Part shown: one piece after another, positions 37,201 through 49,019 of the stretch | Layout of the letters: every line of letters begins with the position of its first letter | How positions within the stretch are numbered: position 1 is the stretch's first letter | Notes under the pieces: model-generated | Told to the model about the DNA's origin: nothing | Databases searched by the model: none | What the model saw: the letters and a program-made list of their open reading frames with translations, nothing else | Translations under genes and position numbers: made by a program | NCBI RefSeq assembly: GCF_000143415.4 | Contig: NW_003314302.1 | Span: 830,736-894,735 of the forward strand | Length of the DNA: 64,000 bases | Direction: 5' to 3' | Source: Selaginella moellendorffii | Taxonomy: Eukaryota; Plantae; Lycopodiophyta

Positions 37201-37753
37201 AGCCTCGGGTGCTAGAGCTTTGTGGATCACCCAGCGATGGAAGTTACACTCGTGGAACAGGGACCTATCCTTGTCATACTTTACCGAAGCTCTGAGGAGC
37301 AGCGACTGGAGATGCCTCGGAACAAGTACCTCGATGTCCTCAAGGCTAAACCGTGCTGCCGATGCGACCCTGACCGCTCTCTCGCAGAGCAACGACGCTG
37401 TTTTAGCAGCCCTCGATGGTGCTGGTGCCGCCGCAGCACCGCCCTGAGGATCCTACGAAGATAAAAGAGAGAAGAAATCCAGTCAGCTCATAGCAATGCA
37501 GCAAATTTTCTAGATATCACAACAAAAATGCGATGCAATGCAGAGAAGAGCGTACCGGTTCTTTCCTCGACAGCTTGTGATTCGCCACAGCCTGCTCCAA
37601 AAACATATTGACAAGCTCGGCATGCCCGGGAGACAAAGCCCTGCCGCTCGCCAATCCATCCAAATGCTCCTCCAATCTCTGCGGAATCAGCACGAACTCA
37701 ATCCATAATCCAGCCACGTCCGCCTTCCCGCCGCCGCCGTCTGGAGCCACCAT
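34255..37753 (-). CDS. INTS8: Integrator complex subunit 8 homologue
   Basis: Exons approx. 37753-37556, 37452-35167, 34845-34771, 34679-34512, 34440-34255. N-terminus LWIEFVL...LEEHL...LVNMFLEQA. C-terminus YLEAGAVRSSF...ITRMIAAC...QAAILCQ...DYESAF...YFDCVWEIPILELLVHMHAKAG...LNVHNP...RFLQRL parallels animal INTS8 as I recall it. Confidence 0.8.
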
Positions 37754-38180
37754 CACTCCCTCCAACCCTAATTCCACGGCCAGGCCACCAGATTACCATT
37801 CCTACACCAATCCCGGCCGCATTGTCGACCAAATTCCAGCCGCCGGCGCCACTGCCTGGCATGAAATCGGTGACCTAGACGCCCGCTCGAGCAGCAGCAG
37901 CGCTTCGAGACGACGCCCCGGGAAAGAGAGAGAACAAGATTGGATCATCGGGACACCATAAACCCTAAGAGGAGGAGCCACAGACACGATACAGGTGCCT
38001 CGACGGCTCTGTGAAGAACAGAGCAAAATGCAAAGCCCTGCCCTAGTTATATAGGGTTAGAGCTGCGGTGCCGCGCGGGTGCCGCCCGCACTGGAGGTGT
38101 CGGGTTCGAATCTAGTGCTTGACATATTAAAAGGATACTTAGCATCTCCCAAGTTTCTTGGAAGCACACATTTAATACCG

Positions 38181-38281
38181 ACACGTGTCACATCTTTCTT
38201 TATTCGAAAGCCCTAAAACTGCGTAAAAGCGTAACACGTGTCAATCTGTGACTGTGCCAAGTGTCAAGCCTTGACACGTGT
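38181..38281. promoter_or_regulatory. Cluster of three ABRE/G-box elements (ACACGTGT) in the divergent INTS8/patatin promoter
   Basis: ACACGTGTC at 38181 and 38234, and GACACGTGT at 38273. Confidence 0.55.
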
Positions 38282-38451
38282 TCCCTCCAGATCGTTCTCT
38301 TTTCAAAGACCACCGGCCCTAGCTCTCTAGCGAGGAGTGATTCTTTTTCTTGATCGATCAACAAGGCGCTGCGATTCAATCGATTAATCTCACCGAGGTG
38401 TGTAATCGCTAGTAGCTAGCGCCTAGTAAAACTTACTCTAGGAATCCCTTG

Positions 38452-40345
38452 ATGGGGAAAAATTCGAGCTCCACGCAACCGCCTCCACAAATGCTGGGGG
38501 AGATGGCCAAAGAAGGCGCTCTCTCCGATCCCGCCGTGGTGGATCTGGACGGGACGAAATCCGTCGGCGACGCCCTACAAAATGGTAAGCCTGGTGACCT
38601 TGACGACGTTTGGTCGATGATATCGGCAAATGGCCACTCCGAGAAGCCCGAAAATCGAAAGAAGCTTTGCATTCTTAGCCTGGATGGAGGGGGAATGCGC
38701 GGACTGATCGGCTCAAGAATTCTATGTCGACTGGAAGCATTTCTCCAGGTAAACTTATTTCTTTCTTTTATAGCTAAAACTTTAGTTTTCTCTCGATTGA
38801 CTTTATAACACTCCGAAGTTTTCTTCTTCCATAGCTATGGACTTTATAAGTTGAACTTCTCTTGTCTTTGCAGGAGAAAACGATGGCAAGAGTTAGACTC
38901 TGTGACTACTTTGATCTTCTCGCTGGAACCAGCACTGGAGCTCTGATAGCTCTCATGCTCGCGACACCAGACGAGGCTGGCGAGCCACTCTTCACGGCGC
39001 AGGAGTGCTGCCGGTTCTACGCCGTGAACGGCCGCCATATCTTCCAGCGGAGATGGTACGATCCTTTTCATTTCTCCGTGCGGCAGATGTATAGGCCGAA
39101 GTACTCTCCTCGGAGATTGGAAAAATTGCTCAAGGACTATCTCGTTCGAGACGGGAGGGAGCTTACGCTGAGAGACACTCTCAAACCGGTGCTTGTGACG
39201 GCGTTCGACATCTCTCAGGCGACTCCTTTCTTTTTTGTGCGCCAGGCAGCCATGAAGGACGAGAGCAAAAACTTCCGGTAAATCCCCACCTTTGTCTTTT
39301 GCCTTTAAACAATTTGTTTGTTCATTTTCATTCCAGGCTTTGGGAAGTCTGCCGTGCCACGGTTGCAGCACCGACATACTTTCGTCCGGCTCATGTTACT
39401 TCAGTGGATGGTAAAGTCTCAGCAACACTAATTGATGGAGCAGTCGTGCAAAACAATCCGGTACCGGGCACCTCTTAGTTTTGTTGCTCCACTGAATGGC
39501 TTCGCTGTTGGCTTTTCAGGCGCTTGTTGCAGTCACTCATGCTTGGAGCAACAACACGGATTTCCCTGAAGCGACTGGTCTCCAAGACGTGATGGTACTT
39601 GTTTAAAGAGAACTTTGCTTTTTCGTACGTAGAGATGGTGTGGTGGCTTTGTCACCGTGTGCTTCATTAATCGCGGAGGGATCTTTTGCAGGTCTTGTCG
39701 CTTGGTGCGGGCCAGCTCGACGAAAGATACGAGCTTGACGCTGCCAAGAAATGGGGATTAGCAGGATGGATGCGTCCTCTACTCAACATTATGATGGACG
39801 GCACCGCAGGTAAGAGAATTATCGCTAGAAACTCTTAGAAACTCGCATCTCTCATGTGTCTTTGTTAAATCCAGATACTGTGGACTATCAATTGTCATCC
39901 GCGTTTGCTGGATACGATTGCTCTGACAATTACTTGCGAATCCAGGCACGTTTTTTGCATTTAGTCTACATGGCTTGTTTTCTTATTCTTGTCTTGTTCG
40001 TCTTGGCAGCTCTCCGGCCTGCCTAAGAGCATGGCGTACATGGACTGCGCGAGCCAGAAAAACATCGAAGACTTGACACGCCTCACGGACGAGCTCTTGA
40101 TGCAAAAGGCCGTGGCACGAAATGCTTTCGGAGAGAAGATTGTCCTGGAAGAGACGTATGAGCAGCGCTTGTCGTGGTTTGCGGACCAGCTGATAGAGCA
40201 GAAGAAGCTCCATTCTACTTCGGCGTCTGGGGATAGAGCGCAGCCCAAGGGAGGAGACTCGACGCCGGGGCATTTAGGACGCCTCGTCTCGCCGGTCCTA
40301 AGTCACTTGCTCCAGCATCAAAGAAGCCAAAGCGGTGATCTTTAG
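38452..40345 (+). CDS. Patatin-like phospholipase A, 7 exons
   Basis: ILSLDGGGMRG, FDLLAGTSTG, WEVCRATVAAPTYF, LIDGAVVQNNP and NYLRIQ across GT-AG/GC-AG exons. Confidence 0.92.
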
Positions 40346-40916
40346 AATGGTTTGTTTTTATGCTTTTCTTATCCCCGGAAGCTGAATCTCCAGGTGGACG
40401 TGGAAGATTTGACGACCGACGCTGCTCGTTATAGAACACACAGATGTGAGTTCAAGTTTAAGCTGGATTCTTGCTTCCCGTCTCACTCCACTGCAGTTTA
40501 CAGATATACAAGAGTTCAGACGAGACTTATTCTTTTCATACACTCAAGCGAAAGAAATAGTTAACGGGACTTTTCGCCCCGGCTTGAAAGGATTTTGATT
40601 TGGTAACTTTTTAAGTTCATACGTTTTTCTCACTCTTTTTGTTGCTGAATTGTTGCTGAAGCTCGCCAAAGTGTTGATGTTTAGAATGGTTCGTTTGTGA
40701 GAGTTAAATGCGGTGATCTTCCGGTGGATTTCCAAGGATGTGGAAGAATAGAACGCAAAGATGTGAGTTTTAAGTTCAAGTTGGATTCTTACTCACTCCA
40801 TTGCAGCATACAGATTTTCAGCGAGTGTTCGTTCTTGAAACAAACAATTAAATTTTGATTCGGTAACTTTCAAGTTCAGGCAAAGCATTGAAGCTACCGA
40901 GTTTTTCTCCGCCTCC

Positions 40917-41828
40917 TCAATATACATCTACATGCCACTGCTTGTTCCTTTTCCAGCCAGAGAGTTTCTCATGCCAAGAATCCCCGCAAAGCTTCCTGAA
41001 AGTCTCTTGAATCCCCTCCATCATCTCCTCCCTCCCGCAAAAGTAAATATGTCCTCCACTTTCGAGCAGCTCCAACACCTCCTTGCCTCTCTCCTTGATC
41101 CTGTGCTGGACGTAGAACTTCCCTCCACTTCGATCCACCATCTCTCGACTCAGCGCAAGATCATACCGAAAGCTACTCGGGAAGTCCCTCGCGATCCTCT
41201 CGAACTCGTCGTGATACAAGAGACTCTTAGAGCTGGCGACGCCGAGGAACAGCCACGCCAGTCCATCAAACTTGAAAGGCACCTCCTCGACGAACATCCG
41301 GCGAAGAAATCCTCGAAACGGCGCCACTCCAGTTCCAGTTCCAACCATGATCTGAGCTCCTCGCGGATTTTCCTCGTTGAGCAGTAGCGAGCTTCCAAAC
41401 GGGCCAACGATGCGAACTTGATCTCCGGGACGAGCGTCGCAGAGGAAGTTGCTACAAATCCCCGGTATGGTCGAGTTTGGATCGTTTGGATCATAGCTCA
41501 CGATTCTCTTGACGCACAGGCTCGCGGTTCTCCCGGACAAATCATCGCCATACCTTGATGACGCGAGAGAGTACAAGCGATTTGGAGGAGGAGCTCCGGG
41601 TCTCTTTGGATTCGTCCCTGGCGGGAGAATTCCGTACGATTGTCCCTCCCAGAAAGGAATGTTGCCTCCATGGTCGATCACAATGTGGTACGTGTCTCCT
41701 CCATTTTCTCCAGTGGTGAGGCGATGGACGGACTCGATCGTAGCGACGTAGGGCGATTTGCGCGTGTAGAGATTGGTGGGCGCTTTCTTGAGAAGCTCCA
41801 AGCTTCGCGGAAGAACAAGCCGCCTCAT
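40917..41828 (-). CDS. Ferredoxin-NADP+ reductase, root-type-like, intronless and divergent
   Basis: HIVIDHGGNIPFWEGQSYG, RLYSLASSRYGD, GICSNFLCD, GTGVAPFRGFL, YFCG and C-terminal WHVDVY. Confidence 0.9.
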   Translation of the reverse strand: MRRLVLPRSLELLKKAPTNLYTRKSPYVATIESVHRLTTGENGGDTYHIVIDHGGNIPFWEGQSYGILPPGTNPKRPGAPPPNRLYSLASSRYGDDLSGRTASLCVKRIVSYDPNDPNSTIPGICSNFLCDARPGDQVRIVGPFGSSLLLNEENPRGAQIMVGTGTGVAPFRGFLRRMFVEEVPFKFDGLAWLFLGVASSKSLLYHDEFERIARDFPSSFRYDLALSREMVDRSGGKFYVQHRIKERGKEVLELLESGGHIYFCGREEMMEGIQETFRKLCGDSWHEKLSGWKRNKQWHVDVY

Positions 41829-43959
41829 TAGGAACCCTAAGAACAGACTGCCTCAATTTAAAGGCCTTTCACCTTTGTCAGTACCTTTTATCCTTTCTTC
41901 ATTTAAACTTAATTGATTTTCCTTTTGTCTAGGGTTGATCACCAAGTAGGATTTGCAGATGGGGAGTTTGTTTGTGATGACGACAATGGAGGCTAACATG
42001 GTGAAAGGTTCTCCCAAAGATTCTAGAAGCAAATCTAGCAAGGATAAGGAACTGCCATCACCAAAGGATCAACCAAAACCGTCGGTGAAATCATGGATGG
42101 TTCAATTATAAATTATTATGTAAGGAAAATATCTATCAATATATCTGGATGTCATAATACTTCTATAGTTTGCAAGGTTACCATTGGATCTGGATCCGAT
42201 TGGTAACTTATTTTGCCACACGATGTCAAGCCCCCATTCTTGAAAGCCTGGATTATGGTGGCATAAGCAAATCCATTACCAAAGAAACTAACTCTCCTAG
42301 GAAGAAGAAGCAAAGTTGATATTAATCTGAAGTGAGGAACATCAAATGGTTTTCTCATGGAAACCTTAATTTCTAATTAAAATATTAATTTATATATTTT
42401 AATTCGAAAAATATAAAACTTATAGAAAGTGATAATTTTATTATTAAAAGATTTAGTGGCATTATCTCAATTCAGTATGTTATAAGTGTGGATTATCAAT
42501 CATGTTCACAAGAATTGATAGCAAAAATAATTTTCATAAATTTCTTTTCACATAACTCTAAGGTTAACCTCTCATTTAGTGCCACGATTAGTATTTTATC
42601 AAACCAAATTATAATAAATAGGAATTAAACTGTTTTTAAAAAATTATTTTATTTTAAAAAAATAATATTTAATTTTTGATAATCATCTATGCCAAATGAC
42701 ATTATAAAGCCTAAAATTCAATTATTATATTTTCATTTTTTACATTTATAATAGGATAAAGAAACAATAAGGTTTTTTTAGGCCATAAAATATTGCACTT
42801 GGTTTATTCTACCTGAAAAGTCCAAAACTTATTATGAAAAACTTCAGCAGCTTGTGTATATACTAATGTATAAATAAAATAACATAAAGTTTAATTTAAT
42901 TTTTCTTTTTTTTTGTAATTTTATTTAAATTTAGCTAAATAAAAGTTATTTAAAAATAATAAATATAAATATTAAAAATTAAAAATTATTAAAGAAAGTT
43001 ATACTTTCCTTAAACCCTAAACAATAATTAATAATAATATTTGAAATAATTTATTTGAATTAAGTTTTTGCCATAGATAAAATTTAGATTAAATTTTCTA
43101 TATTAAAAAAATCAAGACAACAAATTGTTTTATTTCATGTTGTGAGGTCCAGATATATGGCTATGATGTCATCTACTAATATTAATGGCCATATAGTAAT
43201 ATTAGTATAGTGGAATTTTGATAACTGTTAAATTGGTTTTAATTGTATTCTCTTTCTATATTCTATAAACTCGTATTAGTGGAGATGAGGATTGCTTGGA
43301 TTTGGGATTTTAGTTTAGATTTAGCTTTTGCATTGTCTAGATCTCATTATCCTTGTAGCTTTTTCAATTTCTTCTTTTTTGCTTTTTCTATTTTTCATTC
43401 ATCTTCATGAGAAAGCAATAGCCTTTTACTCCTTTGACTCTAGAATAATAATTGGTGCAATTGCTCGATGTTATATGGTTGTGGTTGAATAATCAAACTC
43501 AATTGATAGTAATATTTACAACATATGGTATAACTTCTTTTGCTTTTACTACTAATCCTTGTGTTTGGTCAAAGTTTTTTTGCAGGAATCCTAGAGATTA
43601 TGTGTATCATTGGTTTGATCACTTTACAGTGATTGTTACCTATCATTCTTGGGATGGGTAAGCAACTAAATTTTTTACTTTACTTTAGCTATTTAAAGAG
43701 TCTCACTCACAACCTCTATAAATCCTATTCCGATCTTGGAGACTTTTTAGCCTCATCAATGACATTGATGCCGCTTAACCTTTACACTTGTCCAAGTGCT
43801 TCATGTATTCGATCTCATAATCAACACTTCAAAAGTATTATTGACATATCAACTTGTTATACTAAAGTTATAGTTGTTTACCTTTGTCTCATTGGTAGTC
43901 CTAGACCACATATATCATAATCCCATTTCTCAAAGACTAAATTATTCATTCATGAGTGG

Positions 43960-45103
43960 TCATTTTAAAACCACTCCTTAGCATCTTTAGGATGTTAAAG
44001 ACATAAAGAATAGCCTTCCCTAACATCCCTTTTCGATCCCCACCAAATCCCTAGCTGTGTTTGCCAACACTGCCACTGGGTTAGGGCTAGAAGGCCCAAC
44101 CACTACATCTCATTGACCTTTAGGACTTCCTTGCGATATGACTACATCTTTAGTCACTATATAAGAGGATTGGTCTTTTTTCTTTCCACAATTTGGGACT
44201 TTGGGATAACATCTTGAAACACTATATGAGTTTTGTGGGTACTCTCCCCACTTTTTGCCTTTGGGTGCTCTAGCCATATGACTAGAGTGAGGTTGAAATA
44301 AGCCATGCTATGTATCCAAGTAGGTAGTCCCACCCACATTTGGACTAGGAGAATTGACCATTTGATCTCTCAGAGGAACTAGAGTCAGTTCTTGAATACT
44401 TCACTAAGTTACCCCACTTATCTATTTGTATTCACTCTAACTTTAGACTCCCTAGTTGTTATATCATCATTCAACATATGGGTATAACTTTCCTGAGTCA
44501 TACTGGCCTTTCCTAGCCAAATTAATTCCACTAAAGTCCAACCCTCACACTCTCCCTACTATACTTTTGGAACCCTTTACAACCCTTTGGGGGACGATCA
44601 CTTTAAGCTTTCACCCCATAGGTTATATTAATATTCGGACTTAATCTTAGACTCAGACTCAAACTCGGTCTTGGTCTTGGTCTCTATCTCAGGTTTATTT
44701 CAGACTCCATCTTGAACTCCATCTTGGGTCCATCTTGAATTCCATCTTAGACTTGATCTCAAACTCCATCTCAGGTTCATTTTGGACTCCATTTCGGACT
44801 CTATCTGGTCCATCTTAAACTCTATCTCAAGTCTATCTCAAATTCCATCTTGGACTCCTTCTTGAACTCTTTCATGTGTCATATATTGATCCTCTTATAT
44901 CCCTTTTCTAGAGACTCACTTATTACTTGCTTTATGCTTGTTCCTCGATCATTTCATTTTATTAAGAGTTCTACTCTCACTCTTAACTTTTCAAGTTGGA
45001 ACTTTTAGTTTAAATGTGTTACTCTCGTTTGGCTTCCACTTTGGCCACTACTATGTGACACCCTTTCAACTCCACTTTGGGGCCTAAAGGTTTGTGTCTT
45101 ATA
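43960..45103 (-). mobile_element. Old, AT-eroded copy of the 'B' LTR lacking the Cassandra insertion
   Basis: Colinear with 50560-51187 joined directly to 57371-57732 (gtgtttgccaacactgccactgg...cctactatacttttgga...actttggggccta). Confidence 0.75.
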
Positions 45104-45344
45104 AGATGATGTTTGGTATTTACATGAGTTTCCCATGTGCCTCCAGAGTTATACAAGTAGTGAAGGGTCCTTGCACAAATAAGTTAATAACCCCTCTATC
45201 TTTCTTTTAGGAGGGGTTCACTCGGTACCAGTTTATCTAGTGTTTACTTTATAAATTCATTTCTATAACAAAATGTCTTCTATTATTTTCTTTATGTTGG
45301 TTGATATAGGTTTAAGTTTATCTTTTATTGCTCAGCTTGTTGCC

Positions 45345-45864
45345 CCAAATATTCCAAGACCCTTAACCGATTAAAAAAGGGGGTGCACTCTTGTTCATGG
45401 GCCCTTTCCCTCTATATTTGAACCCCATGGATCATTGCTTGAGTCGTTCTCTTTGGTCGCTTATAATCCACCACGCTTCCCTACAAGTTCACGCCCTCGT
45501 AAACGGAAGCTGAGAGCCACAGCTCTCCCAAGAGCCCCGCTCTCTTGACACCCTACCCCTCGGGTTGAGCCCAGCGGGAGCAAATTGGACCAGCCAGATG
45601 TCAATCAACATGTGATGTGATTCCCCTAGCTAACCAATAGAGCCAGTCCCGAGACTCCTCTGATACCAAATGTAAGCTCTTGAATTTAGACTTCCCGAGA
45701 GGTCATCCAACCCAGTACTATTCAAACCCAAGGATGCTTAACCTTAAATATCCCAAGACCCTTAACCGATTAGAAAAGGGGGTGCACTCTTGTTCATGGG
45801 CCCTTTCCCTCTATATTTGAACCCTATGGATTGTCTTTTGAGTCGTTCTCTTTAGTTGTTCATA
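45345..45864 (-). mobile_element. Cassandra TRIM with one truncated LTR
   Basis: Same LTR and internal sequence as 49020-50011. PBS complement tgatacca at 45661. Confidence 0.85.
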
Positions 45865-46299
45865 TGGACCTAGTTGTGCGGGTGATCTTAAGCTTGAGCT
45901 TCAATCGTTGTGGATGGTGTGAATTAAGCTTTTGATCTCATCCTTGGTATAGATTGGTTGCGGCATAATTATGTTAAATATAACTTTGAGGCTTCTCCTC
46001 TTTGTCTTATATTCTCTCCTATTTATTCCATTCCTCTCACTTTTATTTCTCTTTGTTTCTTTATTTTTACTTTTGCTTTTGTTACTTTTATCTCCCTATT
46101 ACTTCCTCCTATGTTTTTGTCTTGCTCTTCTATTCCCTTTTCAAATCCATTAGTCAGTCTTTATGTTGCAATGGTTGACCGGCTCATGAAGGAGTATTAA
46201 ATTTAATTTGTTATCTAGGGCTAAGATTTTAACACGACATTCTATTCCAATTGGGGATGCTCATCTAATTAAGGTTTACATTTGCCATTGGTTGTCAAA

Positions 46300-46567
46300 G
46301 GAGATTAAAATTTTACTTATAAATGTCAAAGAGATGTTGGAAAAAGGTGTTATCCGAAAGTCGCAAAGTCCTTGAGTATGAACCTCATTTTGTCATGAAG
46401 TCTGATGAGAGTATTTGCTTCTACATCAACTATCAACTATTAAACAAAATGATTATCCCAGATGTGTATCCTCTTCCTTACATTACTGATTTTCTATATC
46501 GTCTAGGGAGAAGTCATTGGCTCACCAAGTTAAATCTTGATTATTGGTACTAGCAATTGTTGATAGC
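46300..46567 (+). mobile_element. Old Ty3/Gypsy RT relic (host of later insertions; resumes at ~48045-48141 and 62557 onward)
   Basis: INYQLLNKMIIPDVYPLPYITDFLYRLGRSHWLTKLNLDYWY, later TTFHTPF and MMDKVL..DFIDDLLI. Confidence 0.75.
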
Positions 46568-48040
46568 TGTCGTGAATGTGATTTCGAGCATCGAAAGATA
46601 CTTGTTGGCCAGTCCTTACGGACACTCTTCTCTTACTGCCATGACGGCAGAAGGTAGGTACAGTTAGTTCCCTTTATCGTTCCCACTTGAGCTAGTTAAG
46701 AAATTGGTCAATGACCATGTACTTAAAATGGATAAACATAAGGTAGGAACCCTATGTGTTTCTTGCTAAACATACTCAGCCTGGTTTGAGAAACTCCTCT
46801 TATTGTCTTGCACTTGCTAGTATCAAGAACCCCTGGGTATTGAGACTAATCCCTCAATATTGCTGAATGATAGCTGACCATGTCTGCCAAACACCCTCGC
46901 TATCCCCTTGTGTTAGTCTCATTTCGGTCCTAAATTCTATTTATGGAAAGTATCTAGATTTTCCCATTTGGCATATTTACGGAATGTAGAGATCAGCCTG
47001 AATACAATGGTGTTTGTCCCGTGTCCAAATTCACAATCTAAGGACATTCTGTATTTAGTAAGTTTCGAACTTGTCCCAGAGACTTAACTCCTGGTACTAA
47101 AGGAGGCTTGGGGTGAAAGCCCAAAGCGTGTGTCCCTCAAAGGGGGGCTATGGGGGGTTCCAAATATATAGTAGGGATAGTGGTTGGAATGCATATCCGA
47201 CCACCTGAGACATTAGTTTGGCTCCCTATAGTGCACTTTATCTCTCTCCCCTTAAGGCAATTGGAAAAGGGGCAATTGGTTGATAAGAGAGCCTTTAGTA
47301 GTTATTTTATCCCCATTTATCCCTTAAGGTTCTAAGGATCCATGGTGACAGTATATCCAAATCTCATCCCATGATCACATGCGCTACACTCACCCCCCCT
47401 TCAGAGATGTCAATATCCTCATTGATTATTGACTCCATCACCTCAATTTCCACATTTCAGCTATTCCATGTGAGGTATCTAGTCATCCACCTGTACTGCA
47501 GTCCCACAGTGGATACCTTCGTCTGTGGATACTCCACACAAGAGGAAGGACGTATGCAGGGATGCCCAATACGTATTTTTAAGTAGCCACTAATCAATGG
47601 GAATTGAACTCGTGCCATTTGCTCTAATACTAACTATAGCGCACCTTATCTCTCTCCTTTTAAGCCAACTGGAAAAACGGCAATTGCTTGATAAGAGAGC
47701 CCTTAGTGGCTATTTTATCCCTATTTATCCCTCAAGATTCCAAGGATCTATGGTGATAGTATATCCAAATCTCATCCCATGATCACATGCGCTACACTCC
47801 CGCTGGGCTGTGTCGCTTTTTGTTCTGCGCCTGGCTTAAATTTAAGCCCAAGCTCCATGCTGCTCTAGTTGGTGGGGTACCCTCCTCCTCGCGTTAGGCC
47901 ACTGGTATGCCAAATTTGTGCCAGACTCCGTCTGACACCATTTTGCATGCAGGTGCTAGATACGGGGAGCTAGTGCTCGTGGGATTGTACCGGACCTCGT
48001 TTCGTAGCACAACAGGCTTCGAGTTCGGCTCCAAATTCAT
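46568..48040. mobile_element. LTR-like repeat of family 'C' interrupted by a TRIM
   Basis: Homologous to 4576-5400 and interrupts the old RT frame. Right end approximate. Confidence 0.6.
47227..47796 (-). mobile_element. 570-bp TRIM (non-Cassandra) with 162-bp LTRs and TSD CTCCC
   Basis: Direct repeats 47227-47388 and 47635-47796 ending TGCGCTACA. CTCCC at 47222 and 47797. Decayed Met PBS complement gctctaatactaac and PPT complement ctcacccccccttc. Confidence 0.88.
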
Positions 48041-48141
48041 ATATGCTACAATGTTCCCAATACTACTTTTCATACACCATTTAGTTTGTATAAATGCTTT
48101 GTGAACAATATTTTAGCAACTTTCTAGCAAATGATGGATAA

Positions 48142-48528
48142 TGTTAGGAATCCCCCAATTCATACCACATTCCTGAATCTCACTGGATTTCTGACCTGCA
48201 AACCACATTCCTGATTCTCGAGACACTTCCCTATTCCTGACTCTTGAGACTTTTCCCTATTCCTAACTCTCTGATTTCTTGTACGATTCCCGAGTCTTGA
48301 GCCACATTCTTGATGATGATGTGGCGCCTCCTCGACCTCAGCTATATTTAGGCCGTCCTCGATCCAAGAGTGGTGGAGCTTCATCAACCTATAGTATATA
48401 TAGGTTAGCCTTGTTCCATTTCTCCACAATTTGAATCAACAACAGTCTAAGGCTTCTTCTTTGTTTCCATTAGCTTTTCTCTTTGTCTTTTGCATTTTCC
48501 AGTCTTGATCTTGTTGGGGGTCTTGACA
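48142..48528 (+). repeat. 5' LTR of the chromovirus
   Basis: TG...CA termini; roughly 16 substitutions and 1 indel relative to the 3' LTR (counted by eye). Confidence 0.95.
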
Positions 48529-49019
48529 GTTTGATTCAGATTGTGTTTTTTCATTTTTTTTTTCCTTTAGCTCATTTTGATTGTTTGACTGCCTTTGCCT
48601 TCTTTCCCCCTTTTTCTTTCTTTCTGCTGATGGAGTCTCCAAGCCATCCTGATTTCTTTGCCGAAGTCCTTGCAAAAATCCAGTCTGAATACCAAGCTGA
48701 AGGCGACCCTTCTTCGCATGCAGCCGGAGTTTGCTTCACTTTCAGCTCAAGGATCCAGCAAAGTCCTTGAACCAAAGGTGAGTTTCCTAGCGAAATTTTC
48801 AAGCAAGCGTTTGGAGCTTCGCGGATTCCTGAACCAGATGGAGCTGATCTTCGCACTTCAACATCGACGATACCCCACTCTTGAGTCTCAAATCGGCGCA
48901 ATTAGGACATTGATCAAAAGTGCAACTTTGTTATGGTTTTCTCCTCTTCTAGAGAAGAGCATGAAAGGGGTCGTGGTTCCGGAGCTGATGGATCTTCAAT
49001 TGTTTAAAGAGAAGCTCGA

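Noticed and set aside
38050-38122. GGTTCGAATC B-box-like sequence
   Set aside because: No cloverleaf, T-stem or anticodon arm can be formed.
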